Positions 17,709-28,242 are shown, counted from the first letter of the stretch. The stretch is DNA of 64,000 nucleotides from Cyanophyceae cyanobacterium (GCA_050331735.1 JBHJGN010000014.1:1-64000), one strand, 5' to 3'. Numbers and translations are program-made. Notes: generated by a model from the sequence alone, not told the origin.

Positions 17709-19940
17709 ATGAAACTACATTACCTTGTTGCTGCTTCTCTGTTTCTCCTTGGAGGATCGCAGGCTCCTCTGCGTCGCGAACTCGACCCCAAAGCTCTTTC
17801 GGGCAATATTAGCCTGACTCTCGAACAGGGCGTGTGGAAACTCTGGGAAGAAGAACCCGTTTACCAAGATATTACCTTAGATCTTGTTTGTCAGGACGGT
17901 CGCTGCGAGTCAGAAGCTTGGGGCTATGCCCCCCGCTTTAATAAAGAAGTCGATCATCGCGGCACCGTTGAGGTAGTGGAAACCGATCAGTCCTGGCAGC
18001 TACGAGCAGAGATGGAGATTCAGTTTCACCCCTGGGAGAAGGAGACGGAAACAGCAACCTATACAATTAATCTCATTCCCTTCCAAGAACAGCTCATCGG
18101 CAGCTATACCGGGGAGTTTAACGACCGTTCTGTACAGGGTAAAGTGAGGGGAACCATTAGTCCTCGCTGGCCGCAACCGATTCCCACTCATCAACCAGTG
18201 GAGCCTCAAGAGCATCCCCGACTAATTTTCCGGAAATCTCAACTGCCAGACCTACGAGCCAAGGCACAAACTCCGGCGGGAAGAGCAATTGTCGAGCAAC
18301 TCAAGCAAGCCCTCACTCATCCGATCTATTACGATGGTTTCGTTCCGACTGGCGGCTACCATGCAGCAGGCCACTGTTTTCTTTCCTTACTCGAAGAAGA
18401 CCCGCAACCGGCTCAGACCGCCTGGCAAATCACCGAGAAATCGATGGAAAATTCTGCTGAGCGGCTGCTGGAGCAGTCTCCGATTGTGGCCGGCGTGGCC
18501 CTCGCCTACGATCTCTGCTACGATGCCTGGAGCGAAGAGCGCCGTCAGCAAGTGACGCGCTGGCTGGCTACCCAGGCCATCTGGCTTGCCCGAGGAGATT
18601 CTCCGAAGCGCGGCTGGAACAGCAACGCCTGGAGTAACTGGAACGCCAGAGCGAGAGGGGCCGCCGGGTTAGCCGCCCTCGCCATTCTGCACGAGCCGGA
18701 AGCAGGACTCCGGGCGGCGGAGCCGCTGCCGCTGCTCAAGCTAGCAGAACGAAACGTGAAGCGCTATCTGCAAACGGCCCTGGGCGATCGCGGCTTTGGT
18801 ACAGAAGGGGACCACTATTCTGCCGAACCCTGGAGACTGACAATCATCCCCTTTTTGCAGGGATATCAAAACGTTATGGGTCAGGATTTGGTCACAGGCT
18901 CTAGCGCGGAGTGGTTTCTGCCGCACTACATCACTCGTACCGTTGAGGCAGACGAAATTTCTACCTATGGACGACACTATTTAGGGCCAGGAGCCTCTTT
19001 GTATGCCGTCGGTTTAGGTCTGGTTCCTCAGCGGTTTTTACCCGGGGTTATGTGGTTTTTTGAGCGCCATTTCGGTTTGTCGGGAGACAGCAGCTTTGGC
19101 ATCGACCCCAATTTTCCTCATCTAGCCGCCTACGTATTGGCGGGATACCCAGATACGACTCCTCAAAATCCAACGGCGGAGTGGGACAGAGTGCTGGTAG
19201 ATGAGGAGAAAGGGTTTTATGTGTTTCGCGATCGCTGGCAGGATAGCCAAGATTTCGTAGCCAGTATCTACAGCCTCCGAGAACGTTTGCCCGGTTCGTG
19301 GTCTTTTCCAGATGTCGGCAGTTTTCGCATTCGGGGCCTCGGAGAACACTGGGCCAAAGGAGGAACTGGCGAAGGAGACTGGCATCAGGAAAATGTAGTC
19401 TTCATGCCCAACGTTGAGCCGTGGCAGTCGGCGCAGCCCATTTTCTTTGAGTCTGATGCGGACGGTTCTGGCATTGTCAGCCTGCAAACCAAACCTATCG
19501 TCAGTTCCCAGGCAGAGAATAGCGTTGGCATTCAATCCCTGCGCTCCTTTGCCACAGACTACAGCGGTGCCTCGGGAGCACCCGGTTTGTTTGTCGTCGT
19601 CGATCGCTTTACGGGAGATGTTAACGCCGCCGAGTTTAGCAACAAAACCTGGCGGATGCATACTGAGGGTCAAGTGACAATCGACGGACAGAGTTTTACC
19701 ATTCAGTCTCCTAGCGGTGCCACTATGAAGGGCACCTTCGTCGTTCCTTTGGGAGTGCAAATTTCCCACGAACAAGGAGCAATCAGCGCCACAGGAGGCA
19801 ACCACTTCTTTGTCGTCATGACCGTACAGCAAGGAAGCGCCCCCGAGGTGAAAATGACCGGCATTGGCCTACAGTCGGAGGTAACAGTGGGCGATCAAAC
19901 CATTACCTTTAAAGACAACAGAATCGTTTTAGGCCGGTAA
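17709..19940 (+). CDS. Secreted heparinase II/III-like (polysaccharide-lyase fold) protein
   Basis: Signal-like N-terminus; HPRL, SNWN and EG..Y motifs; C-terminal beta-rich domain. Confidence 0.55.
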   Translation: MKLHYLVAASLFLLGGSQAPLRRELDPKALSGNISLTLEQGVWKLWEEEPVYQDITLDLVCQDGRCESEAWGYAPRFNKEVDHRGTVEVVETDQSWQLRAEMEIQFHPWEKETETATYTINLIPFQEQLIGSYTGEFNDRSVQGKVRGTISPRWPQPIPTHQPVEPQEHPRLIFRKSQLPDLRAKAQTPAGRAIVEQLKQALTHPIYYDGFVPTGGYHAAGHCFLSLLEEDPQPAQTAWQITEKSMENSAERLLEQSPIVAGVALAYDLCYDAWSEERRQQVTRWLATQAIWLARGDSPKRGWNSNAWSNWNARARGAAGLAALAILHEPEAGLRAAEPLPLLKLAERNVKRYLQTALGDRGFGTEGDHYSAEPWRLTIIPFLQGYQNVMGQDLVTGSSAEWFLPHYITRTVEADEISTYGRHYLGPGASLYAVGLGLVPQRFLPGVMWFFERHFGLSGDSSFGIDPNFPHLAAYVLAGYPDTTPQNPTAEWDRVLVDEEKGFYVFRDRWQDSQDFVASIYSLRERLPGSWSFPDVGSFRIRGLGEHWAKGGTGEGDWHQENVVFMPNVEPWQSAQPIFFESDADGSGIVSLQTKPIVSSQAENSVGIQSLRSFATDYSGASGAPGLFVVVDRFTGDVNAAEFSNKTWRMHTEGQVTIDGQSFTIQSPSGATMKGTFVVPLGVQISHEQGAISATGGNHFFVVMTVQQGSAPEVKMTGIGLQSEVTVGDQTITFKDNRIVLGR

Positions 19941-19946
19941 GCGCTA

Positions 19947-20110
19947 GGAGGGAAAGCAGCCTCGCCGCGGAGAGAAGGGAAAACTATCGCGCTCGCGACG
20001 GCAAAAGAACACAGGGTTCAGGAATAAGCTAATTATTCCCCCGTTACCCCTTCCCCTTTCCCCTTTTCCCTGCGCCAGTGGCGCTTCCCCCTTCCCCGTC
20101 CCGGAGCAAC
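19947..20110. repeat. Composite repeat, copy C
   Basis: Core AAGAACACAGGGTTCAGGAATAAGCTAATT at about 20005-20034 with purine and pyrimidine arms. Includes the chimeric module GTCCC-GGA-GCAAC at 20098-20110. Confidence 0.85.
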
Positions 20111-20246
20111 TAACTTTGCCTCTCTCCTAGGTTAGAGAAGCGTTGCTAAGCAGCGATCGCGAGAATGTTTCTTGCGCTAGAGGTCGCGCTCCCTCGTTTC
20201 CCTGTAACCTGAGCAAGCATTAGCAGCAAAAAGATCGGAGGATCTA

Positions 20247-20747
20247 ATGATTAATCGACTTAAACAGGTGCCACTGCGCCAGATATTAACGGTATTTCTG
20301 GCAGGAATTATTCTCTGCATTGGCACAGCCTGCAACAGCGGCGATGTTCGCGGTGCTCGCCCAGAAGTTCCCCCTGTCCAAATGGGAGGGCAAAATAATC
20401 CTCACAAAATGGGTGGAGACACGCTGAATCAGTATCAAACTTCTCCTAATCCGTCAGCGAAGGGACAAGCTTCGGTCCCTGGCAAGATGCTCGTTGCCGC
20501 CACTCCTAACGTTGAGCAGGAGAATCCTGGCTTACTGTACCGAGGAGACACGGAAACGAGTGAAAAAAGTCTACCGATTATTACTGACAAGGATAACACG
20601 CGCCGATTTTTGCCAGAGGAGGGTCAGCCCGTAATCGATCGCAGTAACCCTAACGAAGGCATTGTCGAAAAAACTCAAAAAGCGTTCAAAGAAGGCTCAG
20701 AATTCATCGAAGGAGCAGCAAAACAGGTTTCGCCCAACTCCCGCTGA
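20247..20747 (+). CDS. Hydrophilic lipoprotein, hypothetical
   Basis: LRQILTVFLA...TAC lipobox; GGAGG RBS. Confidence 0.75.
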   Translation: MINRLKQVPLRQILTVFLAGIILCIGTACNSGDVRGARPEVPPVQMGGQNNPHKMGGDTLNQYQTSPNPSAKGQASVPGKMLVAATPNVEQENPGLLYRGDTETSEKSLPIITDKDNTRRFLPEEGQPVIDRSNPNEGIVEKTQKAFKEGSEFIEGAAKQVSPNSR

Positions 20748-20859
20748 TAGCGGTCGTAAAGCTCAGTTAAGGTAGTAGCTATTAGCCATCAGCGGTCGGC
20801 CTCAGCGCTAAAGCAGGCTTTGACTGAACATCCATATGTATACAGAAAAGGAAATGGTC

Positions 20860-21504
20860 ATGAAATTAATTTCTTGGTTTAAACGGTTTCGTCTCAGACA
20901 AATTTTAACGGTGTTTTTAGCTAGCGCATTGCTATTTGTCAGCACAGCCTGTAGTGCAGTCAATGCCACTAAAGCGAGCGATGTTCGAGAGGATTTGCCC
21001 CCAAGCGCCACTGATTCAACCGCGAAAGGAGGCATTAACGTCTACCCTGATACTGACCCCCGCAAAGATACCTCTAGAGCAGATACCAAGGCTAAAGCTC
21101 TGATAGATAATGCAGAAAGCCAGGTAATTGACGAAAGTGGCGATGTCGTTGGTAACACCAAGCGTATTCTTGAAAAGAAAGGCGAAAACCTTAAAGAGGT
21201 GGGTCAAAACGCTAAAGAAGACGCGAGCAAAATTCCGTCAGCTACTCGCAATACCGCTCAAGAATTATCAAATAAAGCTCAGAGTAACGTCGATGAAGCC
21301 GTTGATGCAACCCAAGAAGTCGGTCGCAAAGCTCAACGAGCTGCCGAAAACGCCTCTGGAAGCGCCAAATCCGGCGTGAATCAAGCGGTTAAAAGCACTC
21401 AACGAGCCGTACAAGACGCTTCTGATGCTGTTCAATCTGGCGCTAATCAGGCGACGAAGAGCACCCAGCGAGCTTTGGAAGATACCGCTGATACTCTGAA
21501 TTAA
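20860..21504 (+). CDS. LEA-like hydrophilic lipoprotein
   Basis: Same LRQILTVFLA...TAC leader. A/K/Q/D-rich C-terminus with a 22-aa repeat (NQAVKSTQRA / NQATKSTQRA). Start may be 20854. Confidence 0.7.
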   Translation: MKLISWFKRFRLRQILTVFLASALLFVSTACSAVNATKASDVREDLPPSATDSTAKGGINVYPDTDPRKDTSRADTKAKALIDNAESQVIDESGDVVGNTKRILEKKGENLKEVGQNAKEDASKIPSATRNTAQELSNKAQSNVDEAVDATQEVGRKAQRAAENASGSAKSGVNQAVKSTQRAVQDASDAVQSGANQATKSTQRALEDTADTLN

Positions 21505-21524
21505 CAAACTAATGACGAGCATAC

Positions 21525-21556
21525 AGGGCACTGGAGTGAGTCCATGCCCTCTTTTT
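21525..21556 (+). terminator. Intrinsic terminator
   Basis: AGGGCA(C)TGGA / TCCATGCCCT stem followed by CTTTTT. Confidence 0.65.
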
Positions 21557-21625
21557 GTATTTAGCGGCGGGGAAAGATAACTCCTGATAGAGCGATGATG
21601 CGTAGCCCCGACGCTCGTTAATAGC

Positions 21626-21667
21626 TGATGGTTGATGGCTCAACAAACATTCAACCATCAACCATCA
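21626..21667. repeat. Inverted pair of CAACCAT heptamer (STRR-like) repeats
   Basis: TGATGGTTGATGG and CCATCAACCATCA form a perfect 13-bp inverted repeat. The heptamer recurs near 33912 and 62040. Confidence 0.7.
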
Positions 21668-21684
21668 ACAAGTAACGCAAAACC

Positions 21685-23514
21685 TCACTTCGGTTTATAA
21701 GTGGATGATACGTATAGCTCCTTGAGCTGTTTAGCAGCCACCGGAGAAGGAGCATCGGTAAGCAGAGAGCGGGCCTGTTGCGTCTTGGGAAAAGCAATCA
21801 CGTCGCGAATCGATTTCTCCCCAGCAAGAAGCATCACCAAACGATCTAATCCGTAGGCAATGCCTCCGTGAGGCGGTGTTCCGTAGGTAAAGGCTTCTAG
21901 CAGAAAGCCGAATTGCTGGTAGGCTTCCTCGGTCGATAAGCCAATAATTTCAAAGACTTGCTCTTGAATGTCCTGCTGATAAATCCGCAGGCTGCCACCC
22001 CCCACTTCGATGCCATTGTAGACCAAATCGTAGGCCAGGGCTCGCGCGTTTTTAAGTTTGCTCAAGGCAGCCGCCGGAGATTGCTCCGGCGGAACTTTGA
22101 GATCGTTAATATCGTCGGGATGGGGAGCCGTAAACGGATGGTGAAGAGCTTCAAAGCGCTTCTCGTCGGCATTCCATTCAAACATTGGAAAATCGGTAAT
22201 CCAGACGAGGTTAATTTGGTCGGCATCAATTAACCCTAATTCTTGACCGATAAATAAGCGCAAGCGATCTAAAGTTTTATTGACGATGCTGGCGTCTCCC
22301 GCTCCAAACAACAGCAGATGCCCTGGCTTTGCATCGGTGCGTTCTAACAGCTCCTGTTTTTGCTCAGGAGTGAGATTGTCTTTAATCGCGCCAATGGTAT
22401 CAATTTCTCCGCCTTCTCGGACGCGAATATAGGCGATTCCCTTAGCGCCAGCGGCACTGGCTTCGCCAAACAGATCGCCACCGGGCTTGATGCGGACGTT
22501 AGAAATCGCTTCATTGCCACCAGGGATTGGCAGCACCTTCACTAAACCGCCGCTCTTAACGGCACCGGAAAAGACTTTAAAGCCAGAGTCTTGCACGATG
22601 TCGGAAACATCGACGAGCTCCAGCCCGAAACGGGTATCGGGTCGGTCGGTGCCGTAACGCGCTATCGCTTGCGCGTAGGTGAGGCGTGAAAATGGACGGG
22701 GCAGCTCGATATTTCTGACAGTCTTGAAAATATGGCAGACCAGCGCTTCGTTCAATTCAAGAATTTCTTCTTGAGACATGAAGCTCATTTCCATATCCAG
22801 TTGAGTAAATTCTGGCTGTCGGTCGGCGCGAAAATCCTCATCCCGAAAACAGCGAGCAATTTGGTAGTAGCGATCGAAACCAGACACCATTAGAATCTGC
22901 TTAAAGAGCTGCGGTGACTGAGGTAAAGCGTACCACTCACCAGGGTTAACGCGGGAAGGAACCAAATAGTCTCGCGCCCCCTCAGGAGTTGAACGGGTCA
23001 GAATCGGCGTTTCAATTTCAATAAAGCGATACTCGTCTTCGAGAAAGCGACGGACCGCTTTGACCACTTGGTGGCGAAGCTGGAGGTTCCGGTTCATGCG
23101 ATCGCTTCTTAAATCGAGGTAGCGATACTTCAGCCGCAGTTCCTCTTTGACGGGTTCTGTCTCACCTCCCGACACCTGAATGGGAAGCTGATTGTGGACC
23201 TCGTTTAGAATTTCAAGAGAATCGGCATAAATTTCCACTTCTCCGGTAGGGAGTTTAGGGTTCAGAGACTCCTCGGGACGCTGACTGACTCGACCAACGG
23301 CTCTGACTACATACTCGTTTCGTAGCGAATCTGCAATTTGGTAAGAAATCGGGGTCCGCTGGGGGTCGCTGACGATTTGAACAACGCCCGTGCGATCGCG
23401 CAGATCGATAAAAATCACCCCCCCGTGATCCCGTCGCCGATCGACCCAGCCGCAAATGTTCACCGTTTCGCCAATATGTTGAGCACGCAGTTCGCCGCAG
23501 TAGTGAGTTCGCAT
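21685..23514 (-). CDS. aspS: Aspartate--tRNA ligase
   Basis: [36 protein letters not shown] and [12 protein letters not shown] motifs. Confidence 0.98.
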   Translation of the reverse strand: MRTHYCGELRAQHIGETVNICGWVDRRRDHGGVIFIDLRDRTGVVQIVSDPQRTPISYQIADSLRNEYVVRAVGRVSQRPEESLNPKLPTGEVEIYADSLEILNEVHNQLPIQVSGGETEPVKEELRLKYRYLDLRSDRMNRNLQLRHQVVKAVRRFLEDEYRFIEIETPILTRSTPEGARDYLVPSRVNPGEWYALPQSPQLFKQILMVSGFDRYYQIARCFRDEDFRADRQPEFTQLDMEMSFMSQEEILELNEALVCHIFKTVRNIELPRPFSRLTYAQAIARYGTDRPDTRFGLELVDVSDIVQDSGFKVFSGAVKSGGLVKVLPIPGGNEAISNVRIKPGGDLFGEASAAGAKGIAYIRVREGGEIDTIGAIKDNLTPEQKQELLERTDAKPGHLLLFGAGDASIVNKTLDRLRLFIGQELGLIDADQINLVWITDFPMFEWNADEKRFEALHHPFTAPHPDDINDLKVPPEQSPAAALSKLKNARALAYDLVYNGIEVGGGSLRIYQQDIQEQVFEIIGLSTEEAYQQFGFLLEAFTYGTPPHGGIAYGLDRLVMLLAGEKSIRDVIAFPKTQQARSLLTDAPSPVAAKQLKELYVSSTYKPK

Positions 23515-23667
23515 AGTCGCTGATTTAAACAGGCTTCAATATAGAGCTATCCATACTAACAAAGTATGACACTCTTGCCCATTATCTAAGATTGTTAGTA
23601 GTTGTGTCGGACTGAAGTAACGAGCATTACTTAAAAATTGAGCTTTCCTGGCGTAGGAATAGAGCGT

Positions 23668-24132
23668 TTATTGAATCGGCTGCCAGTCATCGGGGTACAA
23701 ATCCTTGTTCAGCAGAGTTCCCCAAGACCGATCAAAGGGATGGACTTCCTGAACCTGATTTCCTCCTCGATACACTGGACGATCTTCGTTGGCCCATTGA
23801 AAGATCGAGCCCTCTAAATTAAAGACATTCTCGTACCCCATTGCTGTCAACCGTTGAGCCAAATGAGCAGAACGATAGCCAATCGAACAATAAACAACAA
23901 TCGGGGTGGAAGGATCTACTCCTTCCCTGGTGGATAAATCTTGAAGCTGAGCCGGAGCCAGTTGAGCCCCCGGAAGGTGACTGACGGCGTACTCTGGAGC
24001 AGTTCTAGCATCAAGAAGTAACGGCGGTTGTGCTGACCAGCTTGCTAACTGAGACGTTGACAAATGGCTAACGTCAGCAAATTGAATGTGAATGAGTAGC
24101 TTAATGGCGATCCAGCCAAAAATTTTAATCAT
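23668..24132 (-). CDS. Rhodanese-like domain protein
   Basis: LLDAR, SHLPGA, YCSIGYRS and LEGSIFQWAN motifs. Confidence 0.85.
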   Translation of the reverse strand: MIKIFGWIAIKLLIHIQFADVSHLSTSQLASWSAQPPLLLDARTAPEYAVSHLPGAQLAPAQLQDLSTREGVDPSTPIVVYCSIGYRSAHLAQRLTAMGYENVFNLEGSIFQWANEDRPVYRGGNQVQEVHPFDRSWGTLLNKDLYPDDWQPIQ

Positions 24133-24341
24133 GCTCTATTTCTATGCTGTTTCAAAAAGATTTTTTCTAAGCTCGTCTGGCTCATAGCTTGACTGAGTTG
24201 CGCTGTACCTTTGGGGGACGTTCCCTTGTTCGAGATATCTCAGTATTTGAGTGGCTGAAGGTGAGAACCGACAACAATCAGCAGTCAAGCAAGTCAAGAG
24301 CTTTGATTGGTTATCGTAGTCATATCCGACACTACCTGCGG

Positions 24342-25532
24342 CTACTTTAACTTTTCACATTCATTGTCAGCGGGCAGAGTTTGAGCAACGTCAAGAATCT
24401 CACGGGCAGCGCGATCGCAAACGCCCACTTCTCCCAGTTGCGCTCGCATCTGCTGGTAGTCGGCTAGTGTCTGTATTCTTCTGCGTTCGTCGAGCAAGAG
24501 GGCCAGAGATTCCTGCACAATTCTGGCGGGAGTGGCTTCTTCCTGAAGCAGTTCAGGAACAATCGGCTTCATCACTACTAAATTGGGCGGCGACATAAAA
24601 GGAACCGACAGCTTCAGCAGGCGACGCACCACCCACGCCGTTACCGGGTGAACTCGATACAGCACCACCTGCGGCACATTAAGCAGGGCTGTTTCTAGAT
24701 TGACCGTTCCCGATTTAGCGATCGCTAGATCCGCAGCGGCAAGCACTGCTAAGGTTTTCCCTTCAACTAGAGTTGCCCGTAGCCCCCACCGATTCACCGC
24801 GGCTTGAATCGTGCTGCGAAAGGAAGGGAGAGACACCGGAATCCAAAACTGTACCTGTGGCAAACGCTGCTGAATGTGACTGGCGACTTCGCAAATCACG
24901 GGCAGTAGATAGTTGAGTTCCTGTCGGCGAGAAGCAGGCAGCAGGGTGATCGCCATCTGTTCTGGCTCAATGCCTAGGGCCATCCGCGCTTCTGTTCGAC
25001 TCGGCGCTGATTCTAGGCGATCGAGCAGCGGATGACCGACCCAACTCACCGCTACTCCTTGGTGACGATAATAACGGGCCTCTTCGGGGAAAATGGCCAG
25101 TAAGCGATGGACAACGTGAGCAATCCGCTTCGCATTGCCTAATTGGGGAACCGCCCAGTCTTGGGGGGCAATATAGTAGACGATGGGAACCTGCGGTAGG
25201 CAGGTGTGCAGATAGCTGCTAATGGCCAGATTAGGTCCGGGGTAATCGATCAACACCAACACATCCGGCGGGTGTTGCCGCAGATAGCGTCTTGCCCGAC
25301 GCTGAATTTGCCAGGTGGGAACCACAAACGGCAGCGCTTCTACTAAACCAACCGAGCCAATGCTGGTGGTGTTGCCGAGCAACGTTGCCCCGGCTGCCGC
25401 CATGCGATCGCCACCGAGAGCCAAAATTTCTAATCTTAGATCGAGGTCAGCAGCTTGACGCTGCAAAGCCTCAATGAGCATGGCTCCCTGCAAGTCTCCA
25501 GATACCTCACCGGTAGAAATAAAGATACGCAT
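24342..25532 (-). CDS. lpxB: Lipid-A-disaccharide synthase
   Basis: GEVSGD, IDYPG.N, VGHP and SGTVNLE motifs; operon context. Confidence 0.95.
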   Translation of the reverse strand: MRIFISTGEVSGDLQGAMLIEALQRQAADLDLRLEILALGGDRMAAAGATLLGNTTSIGSVGLVEALPFVVPTWQIQRRARRYLRQHPPDVLVLIDYPGPNLAISSYLHTCLPQVPIVYYIAPQDWAVPQLGNAKRIAHVVHRLLAIFPEEARYYRHQGVAVSWVGHPLLDRLESAPSRTEARMALGIEPEQMAITLLPASRRQELNYLLPVICEVASHIQQRLPQVQFWIPVSLPSFRSTIQAAVNRWGLRATLVEGKTLAVLAAADLAIAKSGTVNLETALLNVPQVVLYRVHPVTAWVVRRLLKLSVPFMSPPNLVVMKPIVPELLQEEATPARIVQESLALLLDERRRIQTLADYQQMRAQLGEVGVCDRAAREILDVAQTLPADNECEKLK

Positions 25533-25552
25533 AAACAAATCTCTTCGAGATT

Positions 25553-25835
25553 GGGGAAGCGCCGCAGGCGCAGGGAAAGAAGTTGCTCCGCAACGGGAAA
25601 AGGGGAAGGGGAAAGTTGCTCCGCAACGGGAAAATGGAAAAGGGGAAGGGGGAAAGGGAATAATTGATTAGCTTCGTCCTCTATTAATCTTCTTGTCCTC
25701 TTTACCAGAAAAAGACGAGCATTTTGCCCGCTTTAGCTGCTGATTCTAGCTAAAGAAGTTTCCCCTTTTCCCGTCCCGCTAGGGACAAATTTCCCTTTTC
25801 CCGCAGCAAAGCTGCTTTACCCGTCCCGCAGGGAC
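25553..25835. repeat. Composite repeat, copy D, between lpxA and lpxB and overlapping the lpxA 3' end
   Basis: Hairpins GCGCC-GCA-GGCGC, two copies of GTTGC-TCC-GCAAC, GTCCC-GCTA-GGGAC, GCAGC-AAA-GCTGC and GTCCC-GCA-GGGAC. Confidence 0.85.
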
Positions 25836-26629
25836 TTGCCCGACCCGGGAATCAGCCCTCGTCTTTCCTGGGCGGTGGCAAGCTGCAAAAAGGTGCGCAG
25901 GTGCTGGAGGTGGGGGGTATCGGGGAGTAAGTTGAGCTGATCGAGGGCTTCATTGAGGGAAAGACCGGAGCGATACAGCAGGCGAAACGCTTTTTTGAGT
26001 AAATTTGTTTCAGCCGTTGTTAGTCCCCGGCGCTTGAGTCCCACCAGATTGAGCGATCGCACTCGGGCTGGATTTCCTTCCACCAGCATGAAAGGGGGAA
26101 CATCACGATTGATGCGGCTCATCCCGCCAATCATAGACATTTTGCCAATATGAACAAACTGATGAATCCCCAGTACGCCGCTGATCGTTGCCTGGGATTC
26201 GATGGTGACGTGACCGGCTAGCGCCACACTATTAGAAATAATCGTCTGATCTTCAATGGCGCAGTTATGGGCAATATGCACGTATGCCATCAGCAGATTG
26301 CCGTTACCGACTAGCGTCGCTTCGTTGGCGTTTGTGGCGCGATGAATGGTAACGTACTCGCGGATGGTGTTGCGATCGCCGATTCTCACCCAGCTATCTG
26401 CCCCCTGATACTTCAAATCTTGAGGTTCTACGCCGATAATCGCGCCGGGAAAGATCCGGTTACTGCTGCCTATTGCCGTTGGCCCCTCAATGACTGCATG
26501 GGCACCAATCGTTGTTTGCGCTCCAATCGTCACTTTTTCTCCAATCACGGCATAGGGACCGACCTGAACTGACGGGTGCAGTTGGGCTTCAGGATGAATA
26601 ACCGCAGTGGGGTGAATCAGCGTTTTCAA
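25817..26629 (-). CDS. lpxA: UDP-N-acetylglucosamine O-acyltransferase
   Basis: IHPTAVI hexapeptide repeats, PQDLKY, HIAHNC and IHQF motifs. TTG start. Confidence 0.95.
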   Translation of the reverse strand: MKTLIHPTAVIHPEAQLHPSVQVGPYAVIGEKVTIGAQTTIGAHAVIEGPTAIGSSNRIFPGAIIGVEPQDLKYQGADSWVRIGDRNTIREYVTIHRATNANEATLVGNGNLLMAYVHIAHNCAIEDQTIISNSVALAGHVTIESQATISGVLGIHQFVHIGKMSMIGGMSRINRDVPPFMLVEGNPARVRSLNLVGLKRRGLTTAETNLLKKAFRLLYRSGLSLNEALDQLNLLPDTPHLQHLRTFLQLATAQERRGLIPGSGKSLRDG

Positions 26630-26649
26630 GAGAGCATCTCCAAGGGTAG

Positions 26650-26840
26650 GTCACTTCGTGACGGGGAAGCGCCGGAGGCGCGGGGGAAAGGGAAATCTGT
26701 CCCTCCGGGACGGGGAAAGGGGAAACTGTCCCGGAGGAATGGAGAAGGAACACAGGACTAAGGAACAAGCTGATTTATTTCCCCTTTGCCCTTTACCCTT
26801 TTCCCGCGCCGGAGGCGCTATCCCGTTTCCCAGTCCCGCA
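26650..26840. repeat. Composite repeat, copy E, between fabZ and lpxA
   Basis: Core AGGAACACAGGACTAAGGAACAAGCTGATT. Hairpins GTCAC-TTC-GTGAC, GCGCC-GGA-GGCGC (twice) and GTCCC-TCC-GGGAC. Confidence 0.85.
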
Positions 26841-26850
26841 CTGAACTAGT

Positions 26851-27345
26851 CTAGTCGATAAGGGAAAACAGCATTTCTCCTTCAACGGCTAGCTGATCGT
26901 CAACTAAGCCTTTGCCCTGCATTTTAGCAATCCGCTGGCGTTTGAAGGACAGGAGTTCAACTGTCATAATGAGCTGATCGCCTGGAATGACCTGACGGCG
27001 AAACCGAGTTTTGTCGATGCCCGCGAAGGCAAAGAAACTGCCCTCCATGCCGGGAAGCTGTGTTAACACGACTCCTCCGACCTGCGCCATAGCTTCTACC
27101 ATTAAGACTCCCGGCATAATGGGACGACCGGGAATATGACCGGGAAAATAGGGTTCGTTGTAGGTGACGTTTTTAAGGCCCACTGCGCGTTCTCCCGGGA
27201 CGTACTCGATAATTCGATCGACGAGGGCAAACGGATAGCGATGAGGCAGTAACCTGTGAATATCGGCAATGGTCAAGACTTGTGGAGAATTCTGATCGTC
27301 AGCGGACATAGACGGAGCAGTATTAACATCGGTATCTGTAGACAT
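26851..27345 (-). CDS. fabZ: 3-hydroxyacyl-ACP dehydratase
   Basis: [11 protein letters not shown] and PIMPGVL..EAMAQ motifs. Confidence 0.96.
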   Translation of the reverse strand: MSTDTDVNTAPSMSADDQNSPQVLTIADIHRLLPHRYPFALVDRIIEYVPGERAVGLKNVTYNEPYFPGHIPGRPIMPGVLMVEAMAQVGGVVLTQLPGMEGSFFAFAGIDKTRFRRQVIPGDQLIMTVELLSFKRQRIAKMQGKGLVDDQLAVEGEMLFSLID

Positions 27346-27365
27346 GAATTTTTTGGAGTTGTAAG

Positions 27366-28205
27366 CTAGACGTTTAGAGGGGCTTGGAGTTGCGCTTGCA
27401 TCAACTGATCAAGCTGGACGTGCAGCTGATGGCTTGCCCTATAGCCAAGAAAATGGGCTTGGGGAAACCTGCCGAGTAAGCTGAGGTCTCCCATTAAGTC
27501 TAAGAGTTTGTGCCGGACTGGCTCGTTGACAAATCTTAGCGGAGGATTCAGCCATCCTGTGCGATCGCAGACCAGGGCATTTTCTAAACTACCGCCTTTA
27601 ATTAAACCACGTGCTCGCAATGCTTCGATCTGCTCGGCAAAACCAAAGGTCCGCGCTGGGGCAATCTCAGTGGCGAAATCCCCAGACGAGGGACTCCAGC
27701 TATGCCACTGGTTGCCAATAGCTGCATACGGAAAATCGATGCCGTAGGTAAAGCGCGTTTCTGGTGCAGGTAAAGCGGCGACAAAAGCCTCCTCTTGGCA
27801 AATCCACAGGGGGGTGGTAAGCCTGAGCCTCCTGATCGCTTGGTTTTGGAGGGCAATTCCAGCAGCAGCAATAGCCGCGACCCATTCTCGGGCGGAACCG
27901 TCGAGTAAGGGCACTTCCGGGCCATCGATTTCGATGCGGGCGTTGTCTATGCCCATCGCGCCTAAAGCCGCTAAGAGATGCTCGACAGTACGGACTTTGG
28001 CGTTTCCCTGAGCTAGTTCGGTCGAGAGGGTCGTCTGACAAACCGCTTGGGGACGAGCCGGGATGGCAGGAGTGCCGGGTAAATCGACTCGAACAAAGTA
28101 TCGCCCTTCATCCACCGACGCTGGCACGACTCGGACCTTTGTCTTAAGACCCCCATGTAAGCCAACTCCGGAGAGCGTAAACGAGGATTGAAGCGTTTGC
28201 TGCAT
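27366..28205 (-). CDS. lpxC: UDP-3-O-acyl-N-acetylglucosamine deacetylase
   Basis: GVGLH.G, TVEHLL, ARTFGF and HKLLD motifs. ATG at 28205 preferred because it avoids overlap with bamA. Confidence 0.95.
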   Translation of the reverse strand: MQQTLQSSFTLSGVGLHGGLKTKVRVVPASVDEGRYFVRVDLPGTPAIPARPQAVCQTTLSTELAQGNAKVRTVEHLLAALGAMGIDNARIEIDGPEVPLLDGSAREWVAAIAAAGIALQNQAIRRLRLTTPLWICQEEAFVAALPAPETRFTYGIDFPYAAIGNQWHSWSPSSGDFATEIAPARTFGFAEQIEALRARGLIKGGSLENALVCDRTGWLNPPLRFVNEPVRHKLLDLMGDLSLLGRFPQAHFLGYRASHQLHVQLDQLMQAQLQAPLNV

Positions 28206-28242
28206 AGCTAGAAATTTGAGTTTAGCGCTAGCGGAGTCTAGT

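Noticed and set aside
19122..19832. 236-aa antisense ORF (also 38708-39253, 44373-44954, 44991-45758 and 54603-55007)
   Set aside because: Each lies wholly or mostly opposite a well-supported gene and has no recognisable motif; these are shadow ORFs.
2033..26840. Repeated hairpin units considered as a CRISPR array
   Set aside because: No constant 23-47 nt repeat with regular unique spacers. Copies are dispersed and no cas genes are present.
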